The notes under the pieces were generated by a model. That model worked only from the letters and a program-made list of their open reading frames with translations, was not told where the DNA came from and ran no database searches. DNA of 63,245 nucleotides, the filler included, from Licmophora abbreviata (taxonomy: Eukaryota): NCBI GenBank assembly GCA_900291995.1. It is 11 parts of 11 records of this genome, joined end to end, with 100 filler letters (N's around TTAATTAATTAA, not from the genome) between each part and the next. Parts side by side here need not be neighbours in the genome. Positions count along the whole stretch, not along the records: positions 59,750 to 61,222 come from OLMU01004924.1; positions 61,323 to 63,245 come from OLMU01004928.1; 9 more parts are not named here. One strand, 5' to 3'. Below are positions 59,750 to 63,245 of this stretch, one piece after another. The position numbers and the translations under genes are program-made. Position 1 is the stretch's first letter. Every line of letters begins with the position of its first letter.

Positions 59750-59960
59750 CTGCGTCGGAAACTGGAACGCAGTCGCGATCAGTACACTTCCAGCTAGTAG
59801 CGGGGACATTGATGAATTCCCTCCATGCACTGGGAAAGTCGCGCGGCTCCAACGACGATGAGGGTTGTTGTTCGTACGAGACGTTTCGAAGTTGTAACAG
59901 TCCCAGAGCCGAGAATAAAAAGCAAATGACCAAGATTGTACCTGGTCCCTGTCTGCTCAT
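59750..59960 (-). CDS. 5' fragment of a probable type II membrane protein
   Basis: MSRQGPGTILVICFLFSALGLLQL..; runs into the gap. Confidence 0.4.
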
Positions 59961-60454
59961 TATTTCAAGCAACGAGATAATATGGAGGGACCAAAGGGGA
60001 CCACGCGAGAGACCCGCCTGCTATATTATGTCCTCTTGTCGACTCGACTTCGGCTCAACTCTTTCCAAATTTGCGTCGAAATTTGTGTGTGTGTGTGTGT
60101 GGCGATGATGACTACTACTCCGTACTATACAGCGTTGTCGGTCGCTACTGGAATATATAAAAGAGCGTAACTGGAATACATCAAAAAGCCTACAAGGCAT
60201 CGAACCGATTGGATTTGTTTTCGATTTCGACTATAGTACCATCAGGTAAGTCGCTCTGGTTGCGCCTTTCCCTCGTCACTAGCGTCATTAGGTTTCGAGG
60301 AGTAAGAGCAGAGTCGAGTCATTAATGGGACTCGTTTCATAAAACAATACACAACGTAGACTACTCAGTAGTAGAGTTATGATTGACCATCGTCGAAGCG
60401 AGCTATTATGTACTTTGTACGTTATTCTACATGATAGGCTATATATTTTACATG

Positions 60455-61222
60455 CTACGGCGGAGAGCGCTGTAATGTGGCCAGCAGCTCATCGCTGATC
60501 ACTTGGATGGGCTGGACCTTAGCTCTCGGTTTGTTTCTTCCTAGCGCCAGCCATGCGGCCCATCCCTTCCAATAGGATATGGCAATCGGTGTCGTAACCC
60601 GTTCGACACCCTTGATCCCCAGGGCATGAGATTCTTCACGCCGCTGGGTTTCCTCTTCTGCACAAACTTGGCAGTATATATCCTTCAGAGCCGCAAACTC
60701 TCGTCCAGAGCAGACTTTCAAGGACTGGGCGTTCGCACCGGTCCCTTCGACTTGGAAGGCGCACGCTTCACAGATTAGCTCCGCAAGACAAGGAAGCTCC
60801 TCATCCCTCAAACTCCCGGCACATTTCCGACAGATTTGTTCCAGAATAGACCGACAGTCCAGACAAGAGTATCTGTCGCAGCTGCCGCATGCTGCAAGGT
60901 CTCCCTTGTCCGATTCGAACGCGCACTGCGGACAGAAGGTGATTTTGCACCAGTGGCACTGATCCCAAGTGACCCCGATCACCTGCGACGAAGAGAAATG
61001 GGGGCGGTTGCATGCGGTATGCCGACAAGATGGCCACGCACAAACGTTCTGAGACGCCTGGGGAGCTCCCTCCACTCCCAGTTCCGCACATAGATAGCAC
61101 TCCAAGTTGTTGTTGTCCAATTGACTCCAGTACGTCTTGCCGTCGCACAACTCCTTGTAGCGACGCATCGCATTCGGCTTCCGGGACGCTTCGGCAAATG
61201 CCTCATAGAAGCCCCTGACAGC
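60455..61222 (-). CDS. Cysteine-rich hypothetical protein (multiple CxxC), 5'-partial
   Basis: Frame open from the gap; CYLC, CHWC, CPQC, CGSC, CLDC, CRKC, CEAC, CQVC. Confidence 0.6.
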   Translation of the reverse strand, partial: AVRGFYEAFAEASRKPNAMRRYKELCDGKTYWSQLDNNNLECYLCAELGVEGAPQASQNVCAWPSCRHTACNRPHFSSSQVIGVTWDQCHWCKITFCPQCAFESDKGDLAACGSCDRYSCLDCRSILEQICRKCAGSLRDEELPCLAELICEACAFQVEGTGANAQSLKVCSGREFAALKDIYCQVCAEEETQRREESHALGIKGVERVTTPIAISYWKGWAAWLALGRNKPRAKVQPIQVISDELLATLQRSPP

Positions 61223-61322
61223 NNNNNNNNNNNNNNNNNNNNNNNNNNNNNNNNNNNNNNNNNNNNTTAATTAATTAANNNNNNNNNNNNNNNNNNNNNN
61301 NNNNNNNNNNNNNNNNNNNNNN

Positions 61323-61970
61323 AAGGACAAGAGTCTTCCGGAGGACGACTCAAAGTCACCGCTGCCGCCGTGTCAGGTCGTCTTTGTTCTGGGGGGTCCG
61401 GGTGCTGGAAAGGGGACGCAGTGTGCCAAAATTGAAGAGAACTTCCCACAATGGAAGCATCTCAGCGCCGGAGACTTGCTGCGAGCTTCTCGAAAGAGCG
61501 GAGGGCCCATTGGAGATCTCGTCAACCGCAAGATTGCGGCGGGCCAACTGGTGCCGGCCGAAATTACGGTGCGCTTGCTCAAAGCGGCCATGCAACACGA
61601 GTTCGATACGAAAGGCACAATTCGTTTCCTTATTGATGGCTTTCCTCGGAATCAGGACAATGTCACCGTCTGGGAAGAGCACATGCCCACCCACAAGGTC
61701 GAGTTTGTCTTGTATTTCGACTGTCCCGAAGAGGTGCTTGTGGGTCGCCTGCTGGAACGTGGTCAGACCAGTGGAAGGAGTGACGACAACCTTGACGTGA
61801 TTCGAAAGCGATTTCGGACTTTTCAAGAAGAGTCCTATCCCATCGTGCAAATGTACGAGCGGACTGGACAAGTTCAGACGATTGCCTCCGACCAGAGCGT
61901 AGAGCAAGTCTACCAACGGGCCGAGGCACTCTTTCGCAACCTCAAAGCGGCTACTCACCTTGCTCAGTAG
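61323..61970 (+). CDS. UMP-CMP kinase (adenylate kinase family), 5'-partial
   Basis: In-frame from the gap: VVFVLGGPGAGKGTQC, HLSAGDLLR, FLIDGFPRN, RLLERGQTSGRSDDN..IRKRF. Confidence 0.92.
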   Translation, partial: KDKSLPEDDSKSPLPPCQVVFVLGGPGAGKGTQCAKIEENFPQWKHLSAGDLLRASRKSGGPIGDLVNRKIAAGQLVPAEITVRLLKAAMQHEFDTKGTIRFLIDGFPRNQDNVTVWEEHMPTHKVEFVLYFDCPEEVLVGRLLERGQTSGRSDDNLDVIRKRFRTFQEESYPIVQMYERTGQVQTIASDQSVEQVYQRAEALFRNLKAATHLAQ

Positions 61971-62311
61971 AGAAAGCAGACACTGGCGCGATGAGTGCAC
62001 TGGGACATTCTTATGTAGAACGTAAAAGCTCTGAGCGGCCATTGTTACTTCTACCATGTACGACGTGTAGCTACAAGAAGAGTATTCGATTCGTCCCTTT
62101 AACATACCGTTTCGTGGGGCCACGTGGAAAGACGAGCCCTATACACTCTAACTATCAACCATCGCCAGAGTAGATCTACATAATCTTACGCCGACAGAAC
62201 ATACACGTGCAACAATCCATTCGTGTAACATATAAACGACGGGGTACAAGCATTTTGCTCGCGCGCTTGTAATATATAAACGACGGGATACACGCGCTTT
62301 GCTCCCACGCT

Positions 62312-63245
62312 TCATTCCCCGACACTAATAGCCTTCTTGAGATCCTGTTGCTCACGAAGCCCCTTCTGTAACTCCGCACGGGCCGCCAAGTCCTGAATCT
62401 TCCGGCGATAGGCTTCGGCGGCTCCCGGCAAAGCGCCTTCCTTCTCCGTCAGCGTACACCAAATGCCCATGGGCACGTTCCACTTACGGTGGACCTGCTC
62501 TCCCGCTCCGCAACGACCGCAGTCCTTGAACATGCACTTGTTGCCAAAGCCGAGTTCGCCATGTTCACCACGGGTCTTGCCGCATTGCGAGCAAATCTTC
62601 CTAAACGACAGCGACTTGGGAAGACCTGAGCTGCGTGTCGTTTCTTCGTAAGAGTTGAACGCAGTCTGACACTTGCGATGAGGAACTGGCCCCGAGTGAC
62701 GTAGCTGTTCGTGGGGAGGATGGTGAGGATAGTGACGACTATATCCTGGAGGAGGTCCATATTGAGGGGGGTAGGGACGGCGAGCCGACGGAACCGTATG
62801 GTGAGGTTGTGGCGGCGGCCGTGGGACCATCGTGACTGGGCTCGGGTGACGACTCCCTTCTGGGGAGATGGAGCTGCTCGATACAACAGCTGGAACTTCT
62901 TCATCTTCAATAGTCGGCGACGGTGGCTGCTTCTCTATCGGGGAAGGCGTGTCCATCGACCCTACATCCTTCTCGCTCCTGGTTTTGGGTCTCTTGTTGG
63001 ACGACGTCGCATCTTGATTGACGGAACTCTCGCGTTTCTTGTCGCCGTCAATGCTCTTCGCATGCTCATTGTCCTGTGTATCGTTCTCCCCCTCGTCACT
63101 CTTGCTTGCATCCGGACCGCTCGCCTTGCTGCCGTCCTGTGAAGCGTCTGGACTGATGCGACTGCCAAAGAGTTCCGTCATGGCGACAGCCGCCATGATG
63201 GCCATCTGGTCCCCGCCCTTCTTTTTCTTCCCTTTCTGCTTTCCA
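62312..63245 (-). CDS. Hypothetical, probably nuclear protein with C-terminal Cys/His domain (5'-partial)
   Basis: Lys-rich NLS-like stretch, Pro/His-rich linker, GLPKSLSFRKICSQCGKTRGEH..C..CGRC..H..C. Confidence 0.65.
   Translation of the reverse strand, partial: GKQKGKKKKGGDQMAIMAAVAMTELFGSRISPDASQDGSKASGPDASKSDEGENDTQDNEHAKSIDGDKKRESSVNQDATSSNKRPKTRSEKDVGSMDTPSPIEKQPPSPTIEDEEVPAVVSSSSISPEGSRHPSPVTMVPRPPPQPHHTVPSARRPYPPQYGPPPGYSRHYPHHPPHEQLRHSGPVPHRKCQTAFNSYEETTRSSGLPKSLSFRKICSQCGKTRGEHGELGFGNKCMFKDCGRCGAGEQVHRKWNVPMGIWCTLTEKEGALPGAAEAYRRKIQDLAARAELQKGLREQQDLKKAISVGE

Noticed and set aside
22386..61322. Recurring TTAATTAATTAA as a repeat array or CRISPR-like element
   Set aside because: It is always centred in a 100-nt N spacer and is an artificial all-frame stop linker. 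ORFs ending in XXX-LIN are artefacts of it.
61323..61476. Apparent missing P-loop or frameshift in UMP-CMP kinase
   Set aside because: Manual translation shows GGPGAGKGT in frame; the ORF track simply started at a downstream TTG.
1..63245. Transposons, RNA genes or a prokaryotic insert
   Set aside because: No transposase, RT or integrase motifs, terminal repeats, or tRNA/rRNA signatures were seen. The bacterial-like genes sit among intron-containing neighbours.

Overview
This is eukaryotic nuclear DNA, most likely from a diatom or similar photosynthetic stramenopile. The evidence is short GT-AG introns, bipartite signal+F/W plastid leaders and a diatom-like gene set. Ten artificial 100-nt spacers (N-run/TTAATTAATTAA/N-run) interrupt it; at two of them the flanks overlap and a gene reads across, so these are scaffold gaps. 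About 30 protein-coding loci can be supported. They include a PebB-like bilin reductase, a PPR protein, a ClpS-like protein, GH47 mannosidase, cytochrome c peroxidase, HID1, two LRR proteins, a P-type ATPase and cysteine synthase. Also present are an APS kinase-ATP sulfurylase-pyrophosphatase fusion, a BET bromodomain protein, HCF164, a beta-carbonic anhydrase, tandem glycosyltransferase-like genes, an FG-GAP repeat protein and UMP-CMP kinase. I found no RNA genes, CRISPR arrays or mobile elements. The best leads are (1) a ~1640-aa MLO-like protein apparently fused to a voltage-sensor-like 4-TM domain and a PH-like domain, (2) its head-to-head neighbour, an ornithine decarboxylase homolog lacking the PLP lysine, and (3) a membrane-anchored trifunctional PAPS synthase tail-to-tail with cysteine synthase. 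Several single-base frameshifts are probably indel sequencing errors. All family calls come from motif recognition by eye; no database search was run.
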